Shown: one piece after another, positions 52,315-63,937 of the stretch
How the letters are laid out: the number at the start of each line of letters is the position of its first letter
How positions within the stretch are numbered: the stretch's first letter is position 1
Assembly (NCBI RefSeq): GCF_006345805.1
Contig: NW_021831838.1
Span: 1 to 64,000 of the forward strand
Direction of reading: 5' to 3'
DNA from: Octopus sinensis
Lineage: Eukaryota
DNA length: 64,000 bases
Program-made: the position numbers and the translations under genes
Notes under the pieces: generated by a model
What the model saw: only the letters and a program-made list of their open reading frames with translations
The model's database searches: none
What the model was told of the DNA's origin: nothing

Positions 52315-52832
52315 ATTCGGCTGATTATGCAACAGCTCAGCTACTGGGAAAGTTTGAACAGCTAAGACTCTACTCCCTGGAGAGAAGACGGGAGAGGTAT
52401 GCAGTAATATATGTCTGGAAGATCCTGGAAGGAATTGTGCCAAATTTTGGCATTGCAAGCTACACCAATGCGAGAACAGGACGACACTGCATAGTGCCAA
52501 AGATCCCAGCAATGCCATCACGCTTCAGGACCAGCTTCTGCAACAGCCTGGGTTTCAAGGGCCCACAGCTTTTTAATATTCTTCCAAAGAGTCTGAGGAA
52601 CTTGCACAAAGTAGATGTAGCGGTTTTTAAATCAAAGCTGGACATCTTCCTGTCGAGAGTCCCAGATGAACCTACCTCACGGCAAGAGGTGCAAATGAGA
52701 GTAGCTATATCAAACTCCATTCTTCACCAAGTGCCACATATTAGAGGAGGTTCTTCGTAATAACAGTGTAGCACAAAACGCCGGTACATCAGCATGGCCA
52801 CAGCTCTGAGCTGAAACAAGAAAAAAAAAAAA
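52315..52832 (+). mobile_element. CR1-group LINE, 5'-truncated: ORF2 C-terminus, 3' UTR stem-loop and A-tail
   Basis: LRLYSLERRRERYAVIYVWKILEGIVPN...SLGFKGPQLFNILPKSLRN...FKSKLDIFLSRVPDEP, open to the stop at 52760; CR1/L2-type signature. Confidence 0.85.
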
Positions 52833-52838
52833 TGTCTG

Positions 52839-52943
<105 letters not shown>

Positions 52944-53539
52944 TTGCGTGTGTGCGCGCGAGTTGGTACATACCCCAACAGACACACATGCTTGCGTTTT
53001 ATTAAAACAACGAGTCCAACAAAAGGCGTTTTTTTGTTTGTTTGACTCAGTGTTTCAATAAAATATGTTCACACTCAGCATTAATACTTAATTCTAAGTG
53101 GCGTCACCCAGCGAATGAGTAACCCTTGGATTTACATATTCCCTTCACTCATACACACGCATACACGCACACAGACTCATACACACATGCATATCGTTCT
53201 TACCTTCCTCAATTTTACATTCCCTACCCTCCCTGACTTCACTACATACTGCCGTCTGTTTCCCCACTCGTGTCCCACGTTCTCTCTGTCTCTCTCTCTC
53301 TCTTTCTCTTATACACATAACACAATCTACAAAGACTATTGTACACCACATTTAGTGACCATCTGCTGTTATTTCGAAACAGAAGCACAATGATAAAAAA
53401 AAAAGGAACAAAAATAAAACAAAATAAAAACAAAACAAACACAAAACAAAAACTGTTCCTAACTACATTCAAACGAAACGTACACAAAGAAAGCTTCAAA
53501 AAACTATAGCATATTTTCTTCAATGTGGTATGTATTATG

Positions 53540-53633
<94 letters not shown>

Positions 53634-53693
53634 CATTGCATGTACACGTCCTCGTGTTGTTTTTTTTCTTGTCTTCGTTTTTGGGTTTAATTA

Positions 53694-53726
<33 letters not shown>

Positions 53727-53816
53727 ATAAGGTATGTAGAAAAAATACAGCATGGACAAGAACGTATACTCAAGAAGACGATATATATATATATGTATAT
53801 ATACATACATACATAT

Positions 53817-53855
<39 letters not shown>

Positions 53856-53956
53856 CATGTGTGTGTGCACATACATACGCACATAAATACAGGTATATGT
53901 GTATGTACATATATGTATTACATACACAAATACACAAACTCGTATACACACATACA

Positions 53957-54004
<48 letters not shown>

Positions 54005-54114
54005 ATAATATAAATATATAAATACACACACAAATAAATATAATATACATAATGTTCTGTTCTCTTCCTGTTGTGGAATGTTACCAGAGCGTATATTTTT
54101 TCATACTGCTACTA

Positions 54115-54153
<39 letters not shown>

Positions 54154-54221
54154 TTACTTATAATAACAATGATAATAATTGTTACTATTATTATTATTAT
54201 TTAAAAAATTTTTATTACGAA

Positions 54222-54430
54222 GATGGCGAGCTGATAGAATCGTTAGCGCGCCGGGCAAAATGCTTAGCGGTATTTCACTCGTTACTATGCTGTGAGTTCA
54301 AATTTCACCGAGGTCGACTTTGTCTGTCACCCTTTCGGGGTCGATAAAATAAGTACTAGTGAAATACTAGGATCAATGTAATCGACTCATCCCTTTCCCG
54401 CAAATTGTTGCCCTAGTGACAAAATTTGAA
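54222..54430 (+). mobile_element. SINE family B monomer
   Basis: GATGGCGAGCTGATAGAATCGTTAGC...GAGTTCAAATTTCACCGAGGTCGACTTTG. Confidence 0.85.
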
Positions 54431-54488
54431 ACCATTATTATTATTATAATTATTATTATTATCATCATCATCATCATTATTATTATTA

Positions 54489-54529
<41 letters not shown>

Positions 54530-55153
54530 GTAATAATAATATTGTGTAAGGCAATCAAATAAACATTCTGAATAAAGGAAACCTGGTTGAATCAAATCGA
54601 AACGACAGCTTGCCGTTTGTTTCTCTTGTTTCAATAGGGTTCTGTCTTGTTCATGCTTTATAAAAGGTCCCCCACCCATGTCTTGGAATATGCATGTGCG
54701 CATATATATGTGTTCATATATGTATCTGCAAATAGACAACCACATACATATTCACAAAAAAATTATGTATGCGTGTATGTACGTGTGAATGTGTGTTTGT
54801 GTTTGTGATGTGTGTTATGTACGGGTGTATGTACTAAAAAACAAAACGAGCTTGTATGAATATTGCTGCTGTAAACGAATGCTATAAACAGGGTACTATT
54901 TTTACTTATTAGCTGAATTTATGTGTTTTACCGTCGCAAACCCTTTGGATGAACACATAGGAGCTTCTAGCAACTTTTATCGCAATTTTTATCGATGAAG
55001 TCAATGAAGAAAAAGCTCAATGAAAAACAGACATAAATTGGAAAAGAAATTCAACAAAGCAAGCACGATATATCTGTTGGTCTGCTTTGTCGAAATTGCT
55101 CAATTCCGTGAGTAAATCGAGAACTGATTCTATAAATTGTAATGTGTAAATGA

Positions 55154-55199
<46 letters not shown>

Positions 55200-56121
55200 A
55201 AGATCAGTTTCAATAATTCTGAGATATTTAAATCTGTTAAATTCATTTCACTGCCGTTTGTTGTGGAAAAAGAAGTTCTCGCTTAAGACAGAACGGTCTT
55301 TGAAACACCATAGACATCTCAAAACGATCTCTGTTGGTCTGGTAGATACATTTTGTAATCTTTAGTTCTCTTCAGCATCAGTCACTAAGAGAGGCAACTC
55401 TGAGATAACTGGAATGCTTTGCTTCCTTTACTGCAGATTAGTCAATATTAATGAAAGAGAGCACACATCATGCCAGAACAAGTTCGTAAGTTGGTGCATG
55501 AGGCAGTAACGGAAAAAATACAACCTTAAGGCCAGTTCAGATATGTTTGAGAGATATTTGAACCTGTAAATGCCTTTCACTGTAGTTTGTTGTTGATGAA
55601 AAAGTATTTTTTCTAACGACTGAAAAATTAAAAAATAAGAAATTGTAAACAAAATACGTTAAATGACGATAGAAAGTCACACACTCGCACGCGTGCACAC
55701 ACACACAAATCTACACAAACGTCCACCCACAAACATTCACCCACGAACACAAACAGACATATAAGCGATATAACTTTTTATGGTGTCAAAGAACAGAGTG
55801 AGTGAGTTAGAAAGTAATACTTATTGCAACAACTTATGTTAACTGTTTCTTTTTATCTCCCCTTTTTTTTATGAGATCACTCATATATTTTATTGAATAT
55901 GAAAACTATTAAAATAAAGTCGATAAATTAAAAAAAGCAGAAAAAGAACCCTGTTTAAAGGAGCTATTCTATGATTAAACAACATTCAACCCGATATCAA
56001 GAAACGTTGCTAGCCATTTTTGAAAAAATAGCTTCAACAAATAGCTTAATACTTGAACATATACATACGTACATACACTCCCCCAACACACGCATGCACA
56101 CTCACACTCACATGCAGCATG

Positions 56122-56158
<37 letters not shown>

Positions 56159-56207
56159 ATAAATATATAAGAGAGGCGGAAGATGGAAGATACGATAATT
56201 TTTATTA

Positions 56208-56287
56208 ATCCCTACAATTGTTTCGACCCATCCAGCAACAACTGGTTCTGGAGCATCCGACAGTGTAGATGTGTTTCTTCGGGTGAT
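56208..56287 (-). ncRNA. Degenerate hammerhead motif with branched loop II
   Basis: Minus strand: atcacc-CGAAGA-AAC-[CATCT/GGATG and CCAG/CTGG hairpins]-GTC-GAAAC-AATT-GTA^gggat; palindromic stem III ACAATTGT; core lacks U4. Confidence 0.45.
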
Positions 56288-56829
56288 AAATAGATATAAC
56301 TCGTTAAAATAACAATTCCGCAAGGTATCTTCTCGGTTCGTGTAAAGAAAAGCAGCAAATTAAAAGATATAATTTCATTTATATAGAAGATCAATAATAA
56401 AAGAAATAACATGCAAAAAAGAAACCAATACAGCGAAAAGAGTATTAAATATAACCTTTAACGGATATGGATGTATAAGCGCCCTCGCTTATACGTTCAT
56501 AACTGCATGTGTGCGTGTGTGTGCGTGCGTGGGTGTGTTCATGTGTGAGTGTGCGTGCATGTGTGTGTGTAGGTGTGTGTGTGTGCGTATATGTACGTAC
56601 GTATATGTTAAAGTATTAAACTATTTGTTGAAGGTATTTTTTCTAACGGATATCATCCACGATGATGTAAGCATACGCACACCTGTGGTTTGGTGCATAT
56701 ATGTTCACATAGCGGATTAAATAGTTAGTTGGTGTTTATAAGAATGGATTGGTTATGGCTAAATTTAATTCATCCATACCTCAAAGTGAATTATGATTAA
56801 TAATTAACGGTTAGTCAAATTCATTCCCA

Positions 56830-56972
56830 CAGGCATGGGTGTGTGATAAGAAGCTTACTTTCCAAACACATGGTCCCGGGTTCAGTCCCACTGCGTGGCA
56901 TCTTCGGATACTATAGCCACAGGCCGACCAAAGCCTTGTGAGTGGATTTGGTAGATGGAAACTAGAAGAAGC

Positions 56973-57020
<48 letters not shown>

Positions 57021-57118
57021 GTGTGTTGGTGTGTGTGTGTGTGTGTGTGTGTTATGTGTGTGTGTGTGCGTGTGTGTGTATACATATATGTGTGTAGTGA
57101 ATTTTTTGAGGTTTGGTT

Positions 57119-57149
<31 letters not shown>

Positions 57150-57350
57150 ATAAATAATTTTCAAAGAGATGAAAGTGCTAGATAAATAATTATCAAAAAT
57201 CCTCATTACCTCCTTTTTTCTTTGTATATGTGCTTGTCAACCGGTTTTAGTTTGTCTAAGTTCCCGTAACTTAGCGGTTCGTTAACAAGAAACCGATAAC
57301 ATAATAAATAGCTGACTTAAAAACAAGTACTGTTGTCGAATTTGTTCGAC
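56830..57350 (+). mobile_element. SINE family A (head 56830-56975, degenerate tail 57225-57350)
   Basis: GGTCCCGGGTTCAGTCCCACTGCGTGGCATCTT...GCCGACCAAAGCCTTGTGAGTGGATTTGG; tail CCCGTAACTTAGCGGTTCG. Confidence 0.8.
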
Positions 57351-58217
57351 GTAACTAAAACATGTGAAAGCTAAAACATAATCTGCTTACAAAAGAAAAT
57401 GGAAAACAAGGCAAGTAATACAAAGGACGACTCTTCGTCAGTTGTCGACTGTTTATCTACTCCCCATGAAGACAGTTGCTCCCATAATATCAAGATATAA
57501 TTGGATTTATGGAGGGTCAAAGTTAGGAACAAAACCAGGACAGTGGAGACATACAGGGAATCCGAACGAAAACTAAAATGGAGGGGCGTTATACTTGAAC
57601 GATGGGAAAATAGTGAATTATGGTAGAAATATTTTCTTTGAAAAGAGAAATGATAGAAGACGGTCTAGTCCTTAGAGCGTCCGTATAGGGAAGAAAGATG
57701 GTCACGGCCATCCTACTAAATTCTAGTCGGTCGAAAGTTTCCCAGGGTGACAGAATGTAACATGAATGTATATATCATCGTTTTCTCGGTGTCTCCTTTT
57801 TCCTTTTCTTTTTCTCCATTTTCTATCATTTTATTTACTTTTCCTCTCTGATGAAGTTCCACTATACAAATTGATTTAAATAATTAATTTATCAATTACA
57901 ATGATAATGATTATTATTATTGTGGTTTGTTAAATCTGGAAACGGCGCTAACAGAAACAGCTGGAGGAGGAGATTCTGTGTTTTATATTTAATTAATAAA
58001 TGGTAGTTGGTGTACATCATTATCATTATCAATTTTATCTCTATTTGTTGTTTTCCTTGTTGTTTTGCCCAGGGTGTCATATATTTGGTTTTGTACTTAC
58101 TGTTGTACTAGTGAGTGTCTAAAAAACCATACGAATATTGTTTGTTTTAAAACTTGAGATTACATAGAAAGTATTTTGCGTAGGATATGAGCAGTTCCCA
58201 TGAGCACCTTTTTTTTT

Positions 58218-58322
58218 TTTTTTCTTTTTTTACTTGTTTCAGTCATTTGACTGCAGCCATGCTGGAGCACCGCCTTTAGTCGAGCAAATCGACACCGGGA
58301 CTTATTCTTTGTAAGCCCAGTA
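58218..58322 (-). mobile_element. SINE family A, 3' end
   Basis: TACTTGTTTCAGTCATTTGACTGCAGCCATGCTGGAGCACCGCCTTTAGTCGAGCAAATCGAC. Confidence 0.85.
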
Positions 58323-58323
58323 C

Positions 58324-58380
<57 letters not shown>

Positions 58381-58399
58381 TATCATTATCATCATCATC

Positions 58400-58975
58400 A
58401 TCAACATCATCATTATTATTACTGAGTGAGAGAGCAGTGCATGCCATCAAAGTGACACTGGAGTAAAATATACGAAGCCCAGTATACCCATCATGATTAC
58501 CCGTCTGATAAGGGTACACCAGGCACATGCATCACAACCATATGTGTGCGACATGGTGATCTCATATCAAGATAAACAGCACATGACCTTGCAGGTGGGG
58601 CCCAGTTAGAATTTTCTTCTGGTCGAGTAACCTATGAAAAGGTCCCTGAATAAGGGTTGTTTAAGGATGTTGAACAAAACACCCATATTTCCAGAGGTGA
58701 ATTATTCAAACCCCCAAAGAATCCCTCTCAACATATGGCTATGATACTCCCCCACTACTTCTGCTCGTGATCAAAGATGCACATATCGTCAGCCACTAAG
58801 GGACATGCTCAACTGGTTACGGTCAAACAACTGACAAGCAAATCTGTGGTATTGAGCAGAATATTTGCTGTAGCCCATCTTTTATACCAAGACAAAACAA
58901 TGTACATGATAACACTTCCAATCAGTTAAGATTAGAAGCCATGGGAGCCACTGCCTGGTACAGCATCAGAGCACA
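58400..58975. repeat. Unclassified ~580-bp GC-richer insert bounded by (TAT)n tracts
   Basis: Sharp composition change between two (ATT)n arrays; recalled as an abundant octopus interspersed repeat, not verified. Confidence 0.4.
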
Positions 58976-58992
58976 GCCACTGCCTGATATCA

Positions 58993-59092
<100 letters not shown>

Positions 59093-59409
59093 TCATTAAA
59101 AATAAAATTAATAATTTTAACGCATGCGTGCACACACACACATATGCATACACATATAATAAACATAGTTATATATTCTGAGTATTCCAACGGATCAGAC
59201 TGTATTCCTGTATTGTCCCTTTGTGTACCCTGATGATTTTCCATCCAATGTATTTTGAAATGCAAGACTATATTTTTATATGTTCTGTAGTTTTAATTTT
59301 GGTTGTGAAATGAAACAATTTTAGATAAATATGTTAATTAATTAACAAATTAATTTGTATCCATATATATATATATAATCAAAATAAGCAACAAGGATAT
59401 CCAAAGGTA

Positions 59410-59499
59410 ATGCAGTACGATCGTTTCATGCGACTTCATTTAATTAAACAATGCAAGTATTACATCAGTTTTAAAATGTAGAGCAATCTTCAGCTGCAT
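59410..59499 (-). ncRNA. Type I hammerhead motif, left-arm copy
   Basis: Reverse complement of 59708-59797. Confidence 0.75.
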
Positions 59500-59707
59500 A
59501 TGGAATTTTTTAGTTAAATTGAAAAGAGTCATTTTTATACTTATTCCATTTACCAACATCACAAAGAGGGTAAGTATATAGACATTTACTACCATGTTTC
59601 TGTTAATGAGACTGGTCTCTCTCTGTCTATATACTTACCCTCTTTGTGATGTTCGTAAATGGAATAAGTATAAAAATGAATCTTTTCAATTTAACTAAAA
59701 ATTCCAT

Positions 59708-59797
59708 ATGCAGCTGAAGATTGCTCTACATTTTAAAACTGATGTAATACTTGCATTGTTTAATTAAATGAAGTCGCATGAAACGATCGTACTGCAT
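59708..59797 (+). ncRNA. Type I hammerhead motif with 51-nt branched loop II, right-arm copy
   Basis: atgcag-CTGAAGA-TTGC-(51 nt)-GCAT-GAAAC-GATC-GTA^ctgcat; perfect 6-bp stem I, 8-bp palindromic stem III ACGATCGT, intact cores, U-U at the base of stem II. Confidence 0.75.
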
Positions 59798-60052
59798 TAG
59801 TTTTGGATATCCTTGTTGCTTATTTTGATTATAATCACCCCATTTTGAATTGTATGGATAATACCATACCAAATTCTGGTACCTTTAACTTAAGTACCAT
59901 ATCTAACTGAATCTAAATTTTTACTGAACTTATAATATAATATATATTGATAGAAATGCCAAGGCAACAAAAGAATGACAGAGACCTCGATGTTATGTAA
60001 ATAGAGGAATTTATCTTTAAACACAATACGTGACAATTATTCGGTAGCCATG

Positions 60053-60111
60053 ATAAAACTCCGAGTTTCGGATGTCAGGGCGGAAACCCACGCCGGCATC
60101 TCTTCAGTTAT
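60053..60111 (-). ncRNA. Type I hammerhead motif with extended stem II
   Basis: Minus strand: ataa-CTGAAGA-GATG-cc-GGCG-tgggtttc-CGCC-ctga-CATC-C-GAAAC-TCGGA-GTT^ttat; 4-bp stem I, near-palindromic stem III ACTCGGAGT. Confidence 0.7.
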
Positions 60112-60169
60112 ATATATATTCTGTTGTATGTTTCAGCACTAAGGCTGCGGCTATGCATGATAAATATAT

Positions 60170-60350
60170 ATATGTGTATATCTTTGCGTTTGTCCCCGAC
60201 CACCACTTGACAACCGGTGTTGGTGTGTTTACGTTCCCGTAACTTAGTGGTTTGGCAAAAGAGACCAACAGAATAAGTACTAGAGTCGATTCGTTCGACT
60301 AAAATTCTTTAAGGTGGTGTCCCAGCATGACCGCAGTCTAATAATTGAAA
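60170..60350 (+). mobile_element. SINE family A, 3' half
   Basis: TTTGTCCCCGACCACCACTTGACAACCGG...CCCAGCATGACCGCAGTCTAATAATTGAAACA. Confidence 0.8.
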
Positions 60351-60405
60351 CAGATAGTAGATATCAGATGGTATATATATCAGTAAGTACACAAATAGGT
60401 TAAGG

Positions 60406-60480
60406 TTCACTACAGCTGTTTCAGACGTGTTTTTGTTTTTGATGAACAAATCAATAAAAATGTCCGTTTTCTTCAGTGAA
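60406..60480 (-). ncRNA. Degenerate hammerhead motif with long loop II
   Basis: Minus strand: ttcac-TGAAGA-AAACG...CGTCT-GAAAC-AGCT-GTA^gtgaa; 5-bp stem I, palindromic stem III ACAGCTGT, C3 missing. Confidence 0.5.
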
Positions 60481-61152
60481 AAAAAATTTTAATTCAAAAT
60501 TTAACATTTAAGATCAGGCTCATTACAAACGTATGTTTTAACTCCCTCATCTCGGTGACTATCAGAGATGCGTTTTGTAGTTCATTGTTTTTGCGAACCT
60601 GGACCGTTTTCACATTTTACTCCAGGTTCTCTCCTCTCCTAATAGCTTGTCTAAGCTTTTTCAGTGTCTAAATGTACTGATAGCAGCTCATGGTACTCAA
60701 GATATCACACACACACACACGAACACACATACGCGCACACACACGCACACACTGATCATCACGGAGCTGAGGGAGGCAAAAGATATATTCATTATGAGCC
60801 TCATCTTGTATGTTAGGGAAGACTGCGTAGTGGATGTACATGTATATTTCAAGGATTATTGCCCTTTTTATCAGCACCTCATCTAACCCATCAACTCTCC
60901 ACGAACACAACGCTTAAACACCTACTAGGTTCAGCGGTGTAACACAATTAGATAGACCAATTTGCATACTAAACACATTCCCGGCAACTGGTACACATAT
61001 ATTAACTGATGGCCGGGTCACTGTATTTCATTTTGCAATTATAATATAGAACCAAGTATATTATAGGTTCGCTACTCAATATTGAGTTTTAACCACGGAC
61101 CGACCATAGCCTTGAAAGTGGATTTGGTTGACGGAAACTGAAAGAAGCCTCT

Positions 61153-61186
<34 letters not shown>

Positions 61187-61188
61187 GA

Positions 61189-61230
<42 letters not shown>

Positions 61231-61241
61231 TGTATTGTATG

Positions 61242-61294
<53 letters not shown>

Positions 61295-61682
61295 TAAATA
61301 TGTGCGTGTGATCTGTTTTTCCCCACCATCACTTAACAAGCGGTGCTGGTGTGTATACGTTCCCATAACACGCACACGCTGATCATCACCGAATTGAGGA
61401 GTCAAAACATATATTCATTACGTGCCAAGTATATTATAGGTTCACTATTCAATATTGTGTCTTAGCAGTGCGATATTTCCATTTGAAGTTTATCTCTATG
61501 AATTTTTCTACCGAATTCAGAGCAAGAACGACACACGCACATAGACTGATAAAGAACGACACGCAAACGCCCAAGGACAAAGACAGAATAACGCACAAAC
61601 ACAGACAAACGTATATACTTATACACACACACGCACGCACACACATACACACAGGCACGCACACGCACGCACACACAGATAG

Positions 61683-61719
<37 letters not shown>

Positions 61720-62197
61720 TTTATATGGTAAAATAAAAACTGTCAGATATTGTAAATACATGTAGGGGCACGCATGCACTTACATTACTTACATTACTTT
61801 ATTCTGATGCATCTGGATATTGAGTTCTAACTCCAGGTTATTAACATCGCTATGCTTAATCGAAATATTAATGTTAGTGGTGCGTATGTCTGTGAGTGTA
61901 TGTATGTGTGTGTGAGTGTGCGTGCGTGCATGCGTATAAGCTTGTGTCAATACATGTGAATATGTGTATATACATACACACATACGTACATAGATACATG
62001 TATACACACACACACACATATATATATATATACACGTATACATACGTGCGGAAAGTTGAATACACTTGAATACACATACGTATGTAAATATGGATTCACT
62101 CATCTACACATACATACATACATACATACATACATACATACATACAACACACCACACACACACACAACACACACACACACACCATATATATATATTA

Positions 62198-63145
62198 AAT
62201 ACAAAATGGGACAAGAACGCAAAAGATCCAGACAGTTATATGATACATAAAAGGGGACAGCAAAACATCGGATAGACGATACATAGAAAACAATGACGGG
62301 TCATTCAGAGTTTTCTTTCCTCAGTCGAGTTCCACATTATCTTCCCAATTTCGGCTGGTTATACTCGAGATTGCTCCAATCTGACCAGCCCCAAGGAAAA
62401 GCTAAGCTAAGAGCATTAGATTCCTTAGAAGAAAGCAGCGCATGTATACAAAAACAAGGACTGGAAAAAAAACGGAGAATGTTACACAAATACAAATAAC
62501 AGGACATAAAAACAGGTGTCTTTCGACTAAGGACGAATTAAATTAAGCTGGCGTGTGTGGAAGTAAAGCCTTACGGCAGAGATACAAGATTTCATAGGCA
62601 CAGGGAGGAATATAGATGTTGCACGGACGGCGGTCGAACCAAGAAAGAAAGGTCAGGCTTGGCCGAACACCGGTTACGTGGGGAGAGAAGAGAGAGAGGT
62701 AGAGGCAGAGGGAAAGAAGAAATAAGGAAGGGCGAGAAAAATGGCAGAGACACAGTGAAGTGAAAAGAGGAGGGAAAGTTAGCATGAAGAGAAGGCAAGA
62801 ACATGTGAGAGAGGGGGAAAGAAAGAACGAAGTATGGAATGAACGAAGTAAGTGTGAAAGGGCTGATAGAAAGAAGGAAAGAATAAACGAAAGGAAGGAA
62901 GAACAGAGTCGTACAAGATTTAGATAAATATATACTTACATATAAGAGACCAAAGTGTACGTACGCCGCTATATATATAAAATACAAAATGGGACAAGAA
63001 CGCAAAACATCCAGACAGTTAGGTGATTAAAAAAAAAGGTGACAACAAAACATCCAGATAGACGATACAAAGAAAACAAGGACGGGTCATTCCCAGTTTT
63101 CTTTCCTCAGTCGAGTTCCAGATTATCTTTGCAATTTCGGCTAGT
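62198..63145 (+). repeat. Partial tandem of a ~784-bp interspersed element
   Basis: AAATACAAAATGGGACAAGAACGCAAAA at about 62198 and 62982, aligned for about 160 bp; second unit cut by (TA)n; a degenerate piece also at about 52225-52330. Confidence 0.8.
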
Positions 63146-63151
63146 TTATAG

Positions 63152-63185
<34 letters not shown>

Positions 63186-63244
63186 ATATATATATATTAT
63201 TATATATATATATGCGTAAATATTCGTATGTGAGCACACACACA

Positions 63245-63715
63245 TAGAAAGAAGTAATATTTATCGCCGCATCAATATGGCTGTTGAAGCTACTACCGTT
63301 TTTAACCCCAAGAAGAGCTTCTTCCAGCTGGTTATCTATGCAATCTGTATCCGGCATATATTGCAAGCAGGGGAGCTAAACCCTACCATCTTTTATCATA
63401 CGACGGGATCACCAGACCGAACGGTTTCGGGCTATTTGTGTCCATCATCAGTGGTGAACACCCGGCCGTTAGAAATAAGAGGAATTCGCTCCAGCTCGCA
63501 ATATATAGAAAACCAAACGACTATTAGTCACTGACCTTGCAGCAAGCAAAGCAGCGTGTTAGAAAATCTCTATAAGAGGTGAACGTAGAAAATATACTGA
63601 GAAGTAATGTTTATCCCCATATCAATATGGCTGTTCGACGTTACTAATATTTTTAACCCCAGGAAGAGCCTCCTCGTGCTGGTTATCGATGCAGTCTACA
63701 CCCGGTATAAAGATT
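63245..63715. repeat. Partial tandem repeat, period 350 bp
   Basis: ATCAATATGGCTGTT at 63271 and 63621; TTTTTAACCCCA.GAAGAGC and GCTGGTTATC.ATGCA recur at a similar offset. Confidence 0.8.
63409..63457 (-). ncRNA. Type I hammerhead ribozyme motif with intact core
   Basis: Minus strand: tcacca-CTGATGA-TGGAC-ACAAATA-GCCC-GAAAC-CGTTCG-GTC^tggtga; perfect 6-bp stem I, stem III ACCG/CGGT. Confidence 0.75.
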
Positions 63716-63748
63716 TCCTAACTAGCTACTTTACTTATATATATACTA

Positions 63749-63937
63749 CTAAATGAATATTTGAGACAATATGACGACAAAAAACAGTTCCCCATACTCT
63801 ACCAACATGGAGGCAACCTGGGTCAACTTCACATCCGCATTTTATCCAAGCGCACAAAGGACCTAACACTCAGACAAATACAGAAGTGCATCCTCATAAA
63901 TGAAACTTACCCAATACTAAATAGGAAATATATATAG
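63749..63937 (+). pseudogene. Probable C-terminal half of a Penelope-like GIY-YIG endonuclease
   Basis: ATG-less open frame LNEYLRQYDDKKQFPILYQHGGNLGQLHIRILSKRTKDLTLRQIQKCILINETYPILNRKYI*; fits the RxxEH...H...IL...E-I-I...P-LN pattern of PLE endonucleases with some drift. Confidence 0.5.

Larger units (their letters stand above)
59374..59833. repeat. Long inverted repeat: ~211-bp arms, 39-nt spacer
   Basis: 59374-59584 is the reverse complement of 59624-59833 with about four substitutions and one indel; begins at (TA)n. Confidence 0.95.

Noticed and set aside
57848-57875. CTGATGAAG after a pyrimidine tract; similar case at about 59230
   Set aside because: No pairing stem II or GAAAC/NUH; possibly decayed relics but unsupported.
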